From a virus, in IMG/VR virus record IMGVR_UViG_3300017917_002814, positions 73,413 to 137,412 of that record: a stretch of DNA of 64,000 bases; one strand, 5' to 3'. Under the pieces are notes generated by a model that had not been told where the DNA came from, did no database searches, and saw only the letters and a list, made by a program, of their open reading frames with translations. This document shows positions 17,624 through 27,238 of this stretch, in pieces (the first letter of the stretch is position 1; the number at the start of each line of letters is the position of its first letter). The position numbers were made by a program, and so were the translations under genes.

Positions 17624-18247
17624 TTATCTTGGGTCGTTATAAAATTCAACACTGTTGATAAAGTCGTAATCTATTTTATAGCAATCAATAATTTTTGCCT
17701 TTAAATCTGGAAATTCAATAAGTTGTTTTTTTATATACTTAGATATTTGATTGGTATCGTAGTTATTTTCGGAAATGTTGTTTTCCACTTTTACAGTTGT
17801 ATTTAGATCGAATCCTAAAAAAGAATTTATTTGTTGAACCAACTTGTTGTTATATCTAAAAAAAATAGGATTATAATTTTCAATCTGAGTTAGATATTTT
17901 ACTTGATAATCAGTGTGATCATCAAAAATTATTTTATCGAATATAATCTTTCTAGTTAGATCATTGAAATCTTCTACAAAATGATCGCTTCCGTATCCAT
18001 AGCTACACAAATGAAGCGTAGCATAGGTAGCAAATCCACTTATCCATCTATCAAGAGGATCTCTAATAAATGCAAAACTTGACTTTATGGATTTGTTGTT
18101 ATCTAATATATTCCAGTGCATCCAGCTATTTTCTTTTAGAATGTTAGTCAGAAACGTACTGGCATTTTTTGGAATATTGAGATAAAAAATATCTTGGTTA
18201 GGGGAAAGCATCCCGCCACCAGGCATGTATCCTTTATCTTTTGTCAC
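17624..18247 (-). CDS. sulfotransferase-family-like protein
   Basis: IPKNAST (5'-PSB-like), RDPLDRWISG (3'-PB-like) and YxxD near the C-terminus. Confidence 0.65.
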   Translation of the reverse strand: MTKDKGYMPGGGMLSPNQDIFYLNIPKNASTFLTNILKENSWMHWNILDNNKSIKSSFAFIRDPLDRWISGFATYATLHLCSYGYGSDHFVEDFNDLTRKIIFDKIIFDDHTDYQVKYLTQIENYNPIFFRYNNKLVQQINSFLGFDLNTTVKVENNISENNYDTNQISKYIKKQLIEFPDLKAKIIDCYKIDYDFINSVEFYNDPR

Positions 18248-18963
18248 TTGGTTTGGGCTGGTAAGATAAAATTATAAATGGCCAACCCAGAATCAACAGT
18301 GATTTGTGCTGCACCTTCGTCACTGAAACGAATCATTTTATCACCTGATAAACTCAAAATACTAATAACAGCGGCCAACGGCCAAGACCAAGCTTTAGAT
18401 AAAGATCCAGCAACATCATGAGCAAACACAAAATTGCCTGCATGACTACTGTGATCACCAAAGTAGAACATTAGATTATTATTTTCTGTTCGAGCAATAA
18501 AAGTGGTTTCTCCGCTGTTAGCTTGTGCTTGAAATTTTAGACGCTGAATTGCTGCAACAGATGGTTCAATTTCCACTCCCCATTTTACACCTTTAAACTT
18601 TACTGTTTTAAGTTGATCATTTACAATTTCTGCACTCATAAAACGATAATCATTTTTAAAATCGCCAGTGGAATTTTCAAAATGGATACCTGTTGGTGCA
18701 TCATCTTTTTTTGTTATAGTCAGTTTTGCATCATCTTTGTACTCGGGGATGTTCAAAATAGTGTTGAGCTTGCTTAGATTGGGCATGCCAAACGTGCCAA
18801 TAAATTCTGGCACAGGGTTGTGAAATTGTGCTTGAACAATAACTGTGCGCTCTTCGCTAACTGCCTCAATCATAGTTGCACTTTCGTTGCCTACTATTTT
18901 TACTAGATCAATAATGCCTAAGCTGTGTGTATGTTGAACAATATCTTGCAAATAATCTTTCAT
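18244..18963 (-). CDS. putative DNA sliding clamp
   Basis: 239 aa, acidic, alternating beta/alpha pattern ending YNFILP; close to the polymerase; clamp loader also present. Confidence 0.55.
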   Translation of the reverse strand: MKDYLQDIVQHTHSLGIIDLVKIVGNESATMIEAVSEERTVIVQAQFHNPVPEFIGTFGMPNLSKLNTILNIPEYKDDAKLTITKKDDAPTGIHFENSTGDFKNDYRFMSAEIVNDQLKTVKFKGVKWGVEIEPSVAAIQRLKFQAQANSGETTFIARTENNNLMFYFGDHSSHAGNFVFAHDVAGSLSKAWSWPLAAVISILSLSGDKMIRFSDEGAAQITVDSGLAIYNFILPAQTK

Positions 18964-18986
18964 GTAGAGTCTCCAATAATTTTACA

Positions 18987-19015
18987 ATTTTACTACCGCT
19001 TACAACGCTTGTCAA
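18987..19015 (-). promoter_or_regulatory. sigma70-type promoter (TTGACA-17-TAAAAT)
   Basis: near-consensus, directly upstream of the putative clamp gene. Confidence 0.7.
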
Positions 19016-19944
19016 TTGATTATATTTTTAATTTCACCTGATGTTTGCCCAGCTTTAATTGATTTCAGTACACCTTGTTTTCGTAGTTCAATTAATGAAT
19101 AGGCTGGTTTAGAATTATATAGATAAACTGTTTCAAAACCTAGACTTTCTGCCAGTGGTATTAATAAACTTTCTGGCACATAAGTCATAAAGTAATTTTC
19201 GGCATATGCGGCTGCTTCTGGTAAATCGGCATTGTTGTATGTAAAAATAATAGTGCCACCAGGACGCAACCATTCAGATGCTTGAATTAAAATTTGTTTT
19301 ATGCTATCAATACTAAGATAATTAAAAAAGTTATAACTAAAAATTAAACCAAATTGATTTTTAGGTAGGTTGTGTATTTTGTAAAAATCTCGTATTAAAT
19401 ATTTTCTTACTCTACCTCGATATAATGGCGGAAACTGTTCAACTGCACTTGATAAAAATTCGTCAAAAACATCGGCTATATAAAGGGGATCACTAGCGAC
19501 TAATAATTTAGTCCATTGCCCGTCTCTACAACCAATTTCAAGTGCTGGGTACTGCCAGTTACTGTATAAATTTATTCGTTGAGTTAAAATTCTTTCAAAT
19601 TCTTCATTGGTTGTTATTACTCTTGTGTTTCTAATAGAGTTTGCGTCTAAATATTTTAGTTCAAGCTGATAATTTTCTGCAAAAAATTTTGTAGCTAACG
19701 AATTTATTCTGTCTTGGATATTTGATAATTGATGACTGATTTGTTCTAAATTTTTTTCAATTATTGCGTAAATGTCTTTGTGTTGATTAGCCAATTCTAT
19801 CAAGCCATTGGCTATTTCACAATCTGCCACTTCAGATAAATTTATTATTCTTAAATAATTTTTTTCAACTTCTTCCTTTAAAAGATCTGTTTCTAAAGAA
19901 AGAGATAATTGATTTTTTATTTGAACTAATTCATGTAATTTCAT
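19012..19944 (-). CDS. class I SAM-dependent methyltransferase with N-terminal coiled coil
   Basis: ALEIGCRDG, FGLIFSYNFF and LRPGG motifs. Confidence 0.75.
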   Translation of the reverse strand: MKLHELVQIKNQLSLSLETDLLKEEVEKNYLRIINLSEVADCEIANGLIELANQHKDIYAIIEKNLEQISHQLSNIQDRINSLATKFFAENYQLELKYLDANSIRNTRVITTNEEFERILTQRINLYSNWQYPALEIGCRDGQWTKLLVASDPLYIADVFDEFLSSAVEQFPPLYRGRVRKYLIRDFYKIHNLPKNQFGLIFSYNFFNYLSIDSIKQILIQASEWLRPGGTIIFTYNNADLPEAAAYAENYFMTYVPESLLIPLAESLGFETVYLYNSKPAYSLIELRKQGVLKSIKAGQTSGEIKNIIN

Positions 19945-19968
19945 TGAAAATGTTTTATTTTAAAATAT

Positions 19969-22629
19969 TTACTCAAACGTGAACAAAGTATCAAAGGTTG
20001 TTTTGATATCAGTGTGCGATGGTATATCCCAATCAAGTACACCTAATAGATTTTCTACTTTTTGATCTACAATAGTGGCCTCCATTTCTGAATCGTCAAA
20101 CGGCAGTTCCTTGAACCATGCTGGGATATGAGTTTCATCTGTGGGATATCCAACTGATGTATAGCCTAGAGGATTGTCTTTGAGTTTACACACAATGGTT
20201 TTCATACCGTCTACAATGGCCATGCTGTAGTTATCGCCGTGCATTCTACGTAAGTTATTCCAATTCATTGCTGCACGTACATGTCCGGGCATGTTGGCTC
20301 TTCCCAATCGTTCTTCTTCTTTGCTGTACTTGGTTAGATTGTTGACACGTTTGGGTGTTCCTTTTTCCCAGGCCGGCCGATCTTGAAACGCAAGTTTAAA
20401 TTCGCGTACTCGATCATATATTTCTTCTTTTGGCGCACCAGTTAGTACTGCCTGTAATAACTCACTCAAGAAGTCCTGTACAACCTTGGGAGTATCTGAC
20501 CGCTTGAGATCTAAGCCCATGGCCTTGACCTTGCCGGGCTTGCTGTGTGTGTCTAGTCTGTTGCCTTCTAGATCATAAATTAGCACAGCATAACGTTTCT
20601 TCTTTATGAATAGTCCCTTACTAGCAACAAGTTCCCGCCCTCCTCGGATGAGCGCACCCATCGATCTTGGTACATGACAAGCTCGTTCCATAAAGGCAGG
20701 AAAGCTGTCATTGACTTGATCCGCGATACTATCATATAATTGAGCACAGATTTCTTTGTTCCATTCCATGCGTCCGGATTCAACTTCTTCTCTAACTGCT
20801 GGCCAAGCTGTAAAATAGCATGAGTCAGTGTCACCGTAGATGATGGATTTGCCCACATGGTCGTACTCTCCGAATATGCACTCGTTGATATACGCATCCA
20901 TGTGTCTCGCAATGATACGTCCGGTAAGAGTAGTACTTTGACCAATCCTTTTGTCAAAAAATCTACAACCTGGGTTGAGAATTGCCCCATAAAGACTGTT
21001 AAGATTAATCTTCTTGACCAGCTGTCTCTTATCCCAGAAAGCCTTGTCCTCATCAGTAATTGCTTCTTTTTTCTTTGCTTGCAGTTCCTTGCGTTCTGCA
21101 TACCACCTCTCTAACAATCCAGGCACCACAGCCTTTTGTTCATAGCTAAAGATAGTACCATTTGCTGAAAGCATCCAAGGCTGATTACTATCAAATATCA
21201 TGCGCCATATATCAGCAGCACTCATCACATCTGATCCACCTGCTTCCCAATCAATTGTTATTTCTGTTCCAATTTCTCCATTCATCACAGCAGTATATTC
21301 AAGACTACCAAACATGTTTTCCCAAGCATCGGCAAAACTGCTGCCTGAATTCATTTTGTCTTGAATATATCTATCAGTCATTATTGGCCGGAGTTGCCCG
21401 ATAATACTCTCTTGTGCCATGTTAAGAGCGCGGATTGCTGACGGGTATAGACTGTTGATATCGATCGCTCCGATCCAGTCGTGCATGCCTCTTTTGGGGA
21501 AAGCAACATAGGCACCTGCTGCTTGTGTGTCTCCTTGATCATCTCTACCTTTCCTATTAGGTACTACCATTCCACGTTGATGTGCTTCATTGATAATTGC
21601 TTGTTCAGTAACTGCTACTGCTCCCATTGTAGTGGGAAGTAATACTGTGTTATCGTGTGCAAGTTCATTGGCTAGATCCAAGAAACGCAACTTCTTGTCT
21701 AGCTTGGCCACAAGCATAGTATCTTGTCTGTTGTAGTCAATGAACTTGGGAAAGTCTTTGTTGTATAATTGATCTAGTGTGCCCTCGTATTGAGTTTTGC
21801 GTTCATCCAGTTCATATTCGCCAATGGCGTCCAAACTGTAACTGTGACGTTCTTCATACGTGTATTTGCGATACAGTTGCATATAGTCCATATGCACACG
21901 ACCAATTAGATCAAAGGTGAGATTTTCTGCACCAAATCGTTCAAATGTTCTTTGTTTGGGCAATTGGCCCCATAGACAAAATCTACGAGTGTCGTCTTTG
22001 TTTAAAACCTTGGTGGTTCGCATGACCATGTAAGGAATATCAAATCCTTCTGAGTTCCATCCGCTTAGTATATCTGCATCATCAATGATGTCTAGGAAAG
22101 TGTTTAGCAGATCTTCTTCGCGTTCAAACAAAAAACAGTTATCATAACGATTACAAATTTCTTGTGCTGTTGCCCACGAATAACTTTTAGGTGGCACAAC
22201 TAGTGTTACTAACTTGTCCATCCAATCTAGATATACGCTTATTGCCGTAATTGGATTAAACGGATCTTCGGGCTTGCTGAAACCTCGTTCCGGGTCAAAA
22301 TCAACCTCAATGTCGAAAAACGCAGTATGTAACTTGGGAGATGTAGCCCCCAAGTAGTGTTCTTCAAGACAACGGAATACTGGATTAATATCTGATTCCC
22401 AAAGACGCTTGTTGCTGTTAATACGAAGCTCTTTTTGAAATTCCTTATTCGACCTGGATGAAAACCTACTAACTGGAGTACCGTAAACAGTACGAAATTT
22501 ACCACGCGGGTCGTCGTAGTAGAACATGTAGTTTGCAGGATATTCTTTGTATACTCTCTCTCCTCCGATACGTTCCACAACATGGATGCGATCCTGGTTA
22601 CGGTCATATAATGCATCAACATAGCTCAT
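19969..22629 (-). CDS. family B DNA polymerase
   Basis: FDIE, GWNSEGFDIPY and YNRQD exonuclease motifs; DINSLYPS, KxxxNSLYG, YGDTDS and KKRYA polymerase motifs. Confidence 0.97.
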   Translation of the reverse strand: MSYVDALYDRNQDRIHVVERIGGERVYKEYPANYMFYYDDPRGKFRTVYGTPVSRFSSRSNKEFQKELRINSNKRLWESDINPVFRCLEEHYLGATSPKLHTAFFDIEVDFDPERGFSKPEDPFNPITAISVYLDWMDKLVTLVVPPKSYSWATAQEICNRYDNCFLFEREEDLLNTFLDIIDDADILSGWNSEGFDIPYMVMRTTKVLNKDDTRRFCLWGQLPKQRTFERFGAENLTFDLIGRVHMDYMQLYRKYTYEERHSYSLDAIGEYELDERKTQYEGTLDQLYNKDFPKFIDYNRQDTMLVAKLDKKLRFLDLANELAHDNTVLLPTTMGAVAVTEQAIINEAHQRGMVVPNRKGRDDQGDTQAAGAYVAFPKRGMHDWIGAIDINSLYPSAIRALNMAQESIIGQLRPIMTDRYIQDKMNSGSSFADAWENMFGSLEYTAVMNGEIGTEITIDWEAGGSDVMSAADIWRMIFDSNQPWMLSANGTIFSYEQKAVVPGLLERWYAERKELQAKKKEAITDEDKAFWDKRQLVKKINLNSLYGAILNPGCRFFDKRIGQSTTLTGRIIARHMDAYINECIFGEYDHVGKSIIYGDTDSCYFTAWPAVREEVESGRMEWNKEICAQLYDSIADQVNDSFPAFMERACHVPRSMGALIRGGRELVASKGLFIKKKRYAVLIYDLEGNRLDTHSKPGKVKAMGLDLKRSDTPKVVQDFLSELLQAVLTGAPKEEIYDRVREFKLAFQDRPAWEKGTPKRVNNLTKYSKEEERLGRANMPGHVRAAMNWNNLRRMHGDNYSMAIVDGMKTIVCKLKDNPLGYTSVGYPTDETHIPAWFKELPFDDSEMEATIVDQKVENLLGVLDWDIPSHTDIKTTFDTLFTFE

Positions 22630-22635
22630 AGATAT

Positions 22636-22664
22636 ATTTTATTTTTTTGTTACAAAGAAGTCAA
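22636..22664 (-). promoter_or_regulatory. sigma70-type promoter (TTGACT-17-TAAAAT), leaderless pol mRNA
   Basis: 6 nt between the -10 box and the ATG; no SD. Confidence 0.65.
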
Positions 22665-22773
22665 CAATATAGTCGCAAAGATTAGCAAATTGGAGACATG
22701 AAAACATCAATAGGCCAATACATGCTCCTAACAACACCCAGTATCCTACAATTGATAAAAAAACTAATAGCAT
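22639..22773 (-). CDS. small hydrophobic membrane peptide
   Basis: my translation MLLVFLSIVGYWVLLGACIGLLMFSCLQFANLCDYIVDFFVTKK (44 aa); TAATG overlap with the upstream gene. Confidence 0.45.
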   Translation of the reverse strand: MLLVFLSIVGYWVLLGACIGLLMFSCLQFANLCDYIVDFFVTKK

Positions 22774-23060
22774 TAGGTTATCATCCTTACCAGCCCAATC
22801 GTATCAATGGTAGTGAGCAATATGTAGTTAGCCAGCATGCCAAAGGATTTACGACTCCAAGCAGCCCAAGCATACATAGCACAACCAGTGATCCACAAAG
22901 GATATAAAGCAAGGAGTGGAGGATTGGGTACTGTGATCGCCATTGTGAATGCGCATCCAATTGAAATTGCCCAAGCAAGAAGCTCAACAACAAACCGTAT
23001 ACGGTTAGATGTCCAATCATTTCTTATCCATTGTAGTATACTTGATACACTATCAATCAA
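22773..23060 (-). CDS. small membrane protein (3 TM)
   Basis: three hydrophobic segments, coupled ORF. Confidence 0.75.
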   Translation of the reverse strand: MIDSVSSILQWIRNDWTSNRIRFVVELLAWAISIGCAFTMAITVPNPPLLALYPLWITGCAMYAWAAWSRKSFGMLANYILLTTIDTIGLVRMIT

Positions 23061-23317
23061 AGTGTTTTGCCTACCGTTTGAAGAATAGTATTCAATTCTT
23101 CATTGTCGGCGTTTTCTTCTCCAAGTTTTGATTTGAATGCAGTTCGAATAGCCTTTTTAAGAATAGCAGGTTTAATTTCCATTTCCTCTGCTACGGCTTT
23201 GACCGTGTCACTAAGTCCAGCATTCAAATCTTCTACTTCTTGCATGACCGCCATGCCTTCATTGATTATCTGTGTAAGTTTGGCTTTTTGTTCAGCGGAA
23301 AACATACGTGAGCTCAT
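23057..23317 (-). CDS. T4 DsbA-like double-stranded DNA-binding protein
   Basis: 86 aa, all-helical pattern resembling the DsbA family; AGGAG SD. Confidence 0.5.
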   Translation of the reverse strand: MSSRMFSAEQKAKLTQIINEGMAVMQEVEDLNAGLSDTVKAVAEEMEIKPAILKKAIRTAFKSKLGEENADNEELNTILQTVGKTL

Positions 23318-23341
23318 AAAATCTCCTAAGTAAAAAATAAT

Positions 23342-23370
23342 AGTATAGATGAATGCTAAAAGAATTGCAA
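23342..23370 (-). promoter_or_regulatory. sigma70-type promoter (TTGCAA-17-TATACT)
   Basis: intergenic, 17-nt spacer. Confidence 0.6.
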
Positions 23371-23379
23371 GAAAATTTT

Positions 23380-23453
23380 GCTCACTTTAACCCTCGGGGC
23401 ACGACTCCTTTGAGTAAGCCAGCAGCCGGCTCTTCACGGTCCTAAGGTGAAGA
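23380..23453. ncRNA. candidate structured intergenic RNA
   Basis: GC-rich island with TCTTCAC/GTGAAGA, AGCCGG/CTGGCT, ACTC/GAGT and CCC/GGG stems. Confidence 0.35.
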
Positions 23454-23454
23454 C

Positions 23455-23634
23455 TTATTTTTTAGGTTCACAGGTTCTTGTACGTTGTAGGGTACCATCT
23501 GGTCTACGCTCTTCGCGCCATTCTGTACAAACTTGGGTTTCTGTTTTTTCTGGCAACACTTGGTCAACGGTCCAATTTGCAGCCATCCATCCCATTGCGC
23601 TGAAAAAACCCCATACTAATATTTCTGCTATCAT
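23455..23634 (-). CDS. small membrane-anchored protein with a Cys pair
   Basis: my translation MIAEILVWGFFSAMGWMAANWTVDQVLPEKTETQVCTEW...RTCEPKK (59 aa); ATGA overlap. Confidence 0.6.
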   Translation of the reverse strand: MIAEILVWGFFSAMGWMAANWTVDQVLPEKTETQVCTEWREERRPDGTLQRTRTCEPKK

Positions 23635-24788
23635 TTAGTTTTTTTCAATAAAGTAATCAATCTTTTTTCTAATTCATCCCAGTACAAATCATCGGCTATC
23701 ATGGGCGTTATTAAAAATATTGAATTTTTCATATAATGAGAAGTACATAGCCCGGCACGTTCAAAACCTAATTTAGAAACGGGCCTGTCAAGCAGCAACT
23801 CTTTCGCTAATCCAAAACCTCGATAATCTTTGACCCCATATAGTTTTAATTTATCAAATAAAATTATGTGTTTAAGATTTATATTTTCAACTAGATTAGA
23901 ATCAAACATTTGCAGAATTTGATTGGTGAGTGCTATTCCTAACATTTGTGGTTGCCATGTGTGCCCGTAGTGTACTGTTTGTTTCACTACATCTAATACT
24001 TTTGATGAAACTAATGCGCAACTTAGTGGAACATAACCGCCGGTTATACTTTTGCCCATAATTGATATATCAGGAATGATATTATATTTTTGATAGCTAA
24101 ACGCCGGGCCTACTTTACCAAAGCCTCCCCAAACATCATCTATTACTAACAGTATTCGATATTCTGTGCATAATCTACGTATTTCTGTCCACCAAAACTC
24201 CGACCAAGGTCTTATTCCATTTATCCAAGGAATAGATTCTATAATAATTGTTCCAACATATTTGTCTAAATCTAATATTTTTTTAATCAACTTTAATGTT
24301 TCTTTTTCATCTTGTTGTTGATCATCACTAGGAGCCGGAAGCACAATATTTCTATCAGATTTTTTTTCTCCGCGCAATTGTCTTGCAAGATAGGTTGCTC
24401 CATGGTAACCCGGTGTAAAGCTTATTATTTTGTTTTTATTTTGCTTTAAATTTTTCCAATACTGATCTGATATTTCTAATCCTGCTTCAACTCCATCACT
24501 TCCACTTATAGCGTATAGGACGCCAGACATGCCGCTCATCTGTAAAAGTTTATCAGTTACTTCATTGAGTAAATAATTTTGTTCCGAAGACTTGCCTCTT
24601 ACGAATTGTACTTCGTTTATTTGCTTGTTTAATGCTTTTATGAGTATTTGATTTGAGTATCCCCAAATATATGCGCCGTGCCCGCACATTAAATCTAAAT
24701 ACTTTTGATTATTTGATTCCACCCAATAGTCGTAGGTAGCAGTTACAAAACGAATTCTTTCTTCGTTGCACTGTTCAACAAGTTCCAT
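23631..24788 (-). CDS. class III PLP-dependent aminotransferase (BioA/GabT-like)
   Basis: YLDL, SGSDGVE, GYHGAT, IDDVWGGFGK, GKSITGG and GHTW motifs. Confidence 0.85.
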   Translation of the reverse strand: MELVEQCNEERIRFVTATYDYWVESNNQKYLDLMCGHGAYIWGYSNQILIKALNKQINEVQFVRGKSSEQNYLLNEVTDKLLQMSGMSGVLYAISGSDGVEAGLEISDQYWKNLKQNKNKIISFTPGYHGATYLARQLRGEKKSDRNIVLPAPSDDQQQDEKETLKLIKKILDLDKYVGTIIIESIPWINGIRPWSEFWWTEIRRLCTEYRILLVIDDVWGGFGKVGPAFSYQKYNIIPDISIMGKSITGGYVPLSCALVSSKVLDVVKQTVHYGHTWQPQMLGIALTNQILQMFDSNLVENINLKHIILFDKLKLYGVKDYRGFGLAKELLLDRPVSKLGFERAGLCTSHYMKNSIFLITPMIADDLYWDELEKRLITLLKKTK

Positions 24789-24799
24789 ATATTGATAGT

Positions 24800-25375
24800 T
24801 TAAAAGTTGGCAATACGTTCTTTAATAATAACTATTACTTTATCATTGAGAACAACTTCATAATGATTACAATCTAATTCAACTAGCTCCATAATGTCTT
24901 CACGTTTGCGTTGACTTGATATAGTTACCACACCATCGTTTGGCGCTGGTATCCATGGAGCCGATCCTTGTGTTGTTACTACGTTTGTCCAGGGTTTGTC
25001 GATGTTTATTGACCTTGCTGCTTTCATTGCCCAACTTGTAGGGCCTATGTCTTTTAACAATCTGCTGTACGGTAAAAAATATTTTGCTACGTCAGCTACT
25101 TCGGCTCCGCCATATGGTGTGCTCAATGTAACCGCTCCTAACACTTGATCAGGAAAAAGATCTGCTAAGTGTAACGCATATATACCGCCAAGACTGTGAC
25201 AAATAAAAAACATGTTTTTTTGAGCAGACAACAATGCTCGCATGTTTTCTAAATTTTTTTCAAATCCGTTTCTACTGTCGTAGTTTATTAAAAGTTCTTG
25301 ACCTTTGACGTGTTGTCTAATGTAATTGAAACTTTCACTAGTGGCACTGGCACCGTGAATATAAACTAGAAGCAT
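24800..25375 (-). CDS. alpha/beta hydrolase (lipase/esterase-like)
   Basis: IHG, HSLGG nucleophile elbow, STPYGG, NDGVV and NH motifs. Confidence 0.85.
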   Translation of the reverse strand: MLLVYIHGASATSESFNYIRQHVKGQELLINYDSRNGFEKNLENMRALLSAQKNMFFICHSLGGIYALHLADLFPDQVLGAVTLSTPYGGAEVADVAKYFLPYSRLLKDIGPTSWAMKAARSINIDKPWTNVVTTQGSAPWIPAPNDGVVTISSQRKREDIMELVELDCNHYEVVLNDKVIVIIKERIANF

Positions 25376-25382
25376 TGTACAA

Positions 25383-25817
25383 TTATTTTAGAGTTGATCT
25401 CAGCATCCAACTATGTTTGGCATGAGCGTCTTGACGATCTGCTAGGAAATTGCTTAAACCGTGCATGCCCAGTTCTTCAGCAGCCATGAATACAATATGA
25501 AACATTTCTTTCATTCGATCACTATCTTGCAAAAGTTCTAATAACATTGACTCAGCAGGCAAGATTTCTGTTTCGTCGTCTACTAGACTCAAAATACTAA
25601 ATCTTGTAAATGAACCTGGTGTGTATGCTCCAGTTGCTCTAATTTCTTCCGCAAATTTATCAATACTGCCATATACTTCTTCGTAGATGTTACCAAATAG
25701 TTCGTGATACTGTGGAAAGTTGGGTCCTTCTACATTCCAATGAAAGTAGTGTGCTTTAAGATAAAAAGCATATTCGCTTGCAAATGCAATTTTAAGAGCT
25801 TGTTTCAGTGCGTCCAT
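25383..25817 (-). CDS. dps: Dps DNA-protecting ferritin-like protein
   Basis: HYFHWNVEGPNF..HELF..IYE...ID.FAE.IR and H.K..WML motifs. Confidence 0.92.
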   Translation of the reverse strand: MDALKQALKIAFASEYAFYLKAHYFHWNVEGPNFPQYHELFGNIYEEVYGSIDKFAEEIRATGAYTPGSFTRFSILSLVDDETEILPAESMLLELLQDSDRMKEMFHIVFMAAEELGMHGLSNFLADRQDAHAKHSWMLRSTLK

Positions 25818-25839
25818 TGCCGATCCTAATAAAGTATAT

Positions 25840-25986
25840 TTATCTGCCCTGACCTCGATAGGCCTTATGAGCTCGACGTATACTTTTGTTCATTGTACTA
25901 GTTTTGGCTCTACGTCCGCCTTGACTGGTCATTTTGACCACATGTGCTATAAGTTTTTTATTTGTTGATTGACTGGGTTTGGCCAT
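25840..25986 (-). CDS. small highly basic protein (..YRGQGR C-terminus)
   Basis: my translation MAKPSQSTNKKLIAHVVKMTSQGGRRAKTSTMNKSIRRAHKAYRGQGR (48 aa); AAGGAG SD; not in the ORF track. Confidence 0.7.
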   Translation of the reverse strand: MAKPSQSTNKKLIAHVVKMTSQGGRRAKTSTMNKSIRRAHKAYRGQGR

Positions 25987-26644
25987 TATTTTCTCCTTGA
26001 ATATTAGATTGCTCGTACATCACTGTGTCTGTGTCACCCAGACGCCATTTAGGATTTTGCTCTACTACATACTTTCGAGTACAAACTCGGAAATCTGGAA
26101 ATTTCATGTCTCGTGGGTTGCTAGCAGCATCAAAAAATAAACACCTATTGTTGGGTTGTGCTGCGTACTGTCCGTTGTCTAATTCTATAAAATTGAAACT
26201 TTTGTGATCTTCGGGCCATTCGCTGTATCCGGTGTCAATGATATTGTGATTGGGATGAGCATGATCTACGGTAAACATGTAATTGCCCGAGTACATGTTT
26301 TTGTCTTTGGCGTAAAACTTACAGCTTAAATTTCGCAAGAATGCTTTCTGTATTACTGTCATGTCGTAATCAAAACAATCCCAAATTTGTAATGTATCTA
26401 AAGATAAAAATTTATCTGGTTCAAGACTGTCTGTACGAGACACAAAAGCATGCAAAGGCAGCTTGTCGTATAATGCGCCATAGTTGGGAAGATAGGCTTC
26501 GATTCTAAAGGCTTGGCCTCTTATGCTTTTTAATGACACCCAAATGCATGGTTCGTATTCGCCATGGCCTTGTTCAAAATCATATAAAAACTCTTTGCGT
26601 ATATAACAATGAACTGGTGGTACGTTAGCTACTAAAAATGACAT
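25958..26644 (-). CDS. hypothetical phage protein
   Basis: 228-aa ORF with LQIWDCF and LDNGQYAAQPNNR motifs. Confidence 0.8.
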   Translation of the reverse strand: MSFLVANVPPVHCYIRKEFLYDFEQGHGEYEPCIWVSLKSIRGQAFRIEAYLPNYGALYDKLPLHAFVSRTDSLEPDKFLSLDTLQIWDCFDYDMTVIQKAFLRNLSCKFYAKDKNMYSGNYMFTVDHAHPNHNIIDTGYSEWPEDHKSFNFIELDNGQYAAQPNNRCLFFDAASNPRDMKFPDFRVCTRKYVVEQNPKWRLGDTDTVMYEQSNIQGENNGQTQSINK

Positions 26645-26659
26645 TGATTGAACTCATGG

Positions 26660-27238
26660 TTATTGATCTTTTTTTGGTGTTAAAATGTTTTTAAAAAAAG
26701 TTTCAATTGGCCCGCCTTGCTTGGTAGCATCTCTCGCCATTTCATATCCAAGTTCGGTTGGACCTGAAGCTCTTTTTCTAAGTGTATTAAAACCATTTGC
26801 GATATCAAGAATGCGTCGTGCTGTACTTGGCTCTTGCTGTTGATCTGCCGGTGGTTGTAGTTCAGGAATGCCTTGTTCTTTCATGCTGCGTGTTTTGGTG
26901 GCCACATTTCGTGCAGGACCGCGGCGTTCTGGATTGGGATCTTCTCTACGCTTTTTGGCTGCTGAGCTGGCACGACCTTTCTTTCCTAGTGCATGTGCCT
27001 TGCTGGCTGGCAAACACTTGGGTTTACCTTCGCCCTCGCTGCGTCCCCCACACTCGCCGCGAATCTTGCCGTCGGGTCCAAATCTTACCCATTTCTCACG
27101 AAACCACTTTTTTAAATCTTCTTCAAGTTCTTGTTCGCTCATCCGGACACAGTTAGGTACCTGACGGTCACCTTTTTTCTTCATGCCTTGTTGTTGATAG
27201 CCTTTCCAACAAGCTTCTAAGAGTTCTCTATATTTCAT
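26660..27238 (-). CDS. modular basic protein, putative head/internal protein
   Basis: MKYRELLE N-terminus, then CW..Y...G.K......PNCV and W......CG....PKCLP modules. Confidence 0.7.
   Translation of the reverse strand: MKYRELLEACWKGYQQQGMKKKGDRQVPNCVRMSEQELEEDLKKWFREKWVRFGPDGKIRGECGGRSEGEGKPKCLPASKAHALGKKGRASSAAKKRREDPNPERRGPARNVATKTRSMKEQGIPELQPPADQQQEPSTARRILDIANGFNTLRKRASGPTELGYEMARDATKQGGPIETFFKNILTPKKDQ

Noticed and set aside
19969-22629. Intein or intron in the DNA polymerase
   Set aside because: 886 aa with all motifs at normal spacing; no homing-endonuclease or intein signature seen.
23380-23453. Assignment of the structured island to twister, pistol or HDV ribozymes
   Set aside because: Short look-alike words (CGGTCCTAAG, TTAGG loop) are present, but I could not find the required pseudoknot partners, so it is kept only as an unassigned candidate.
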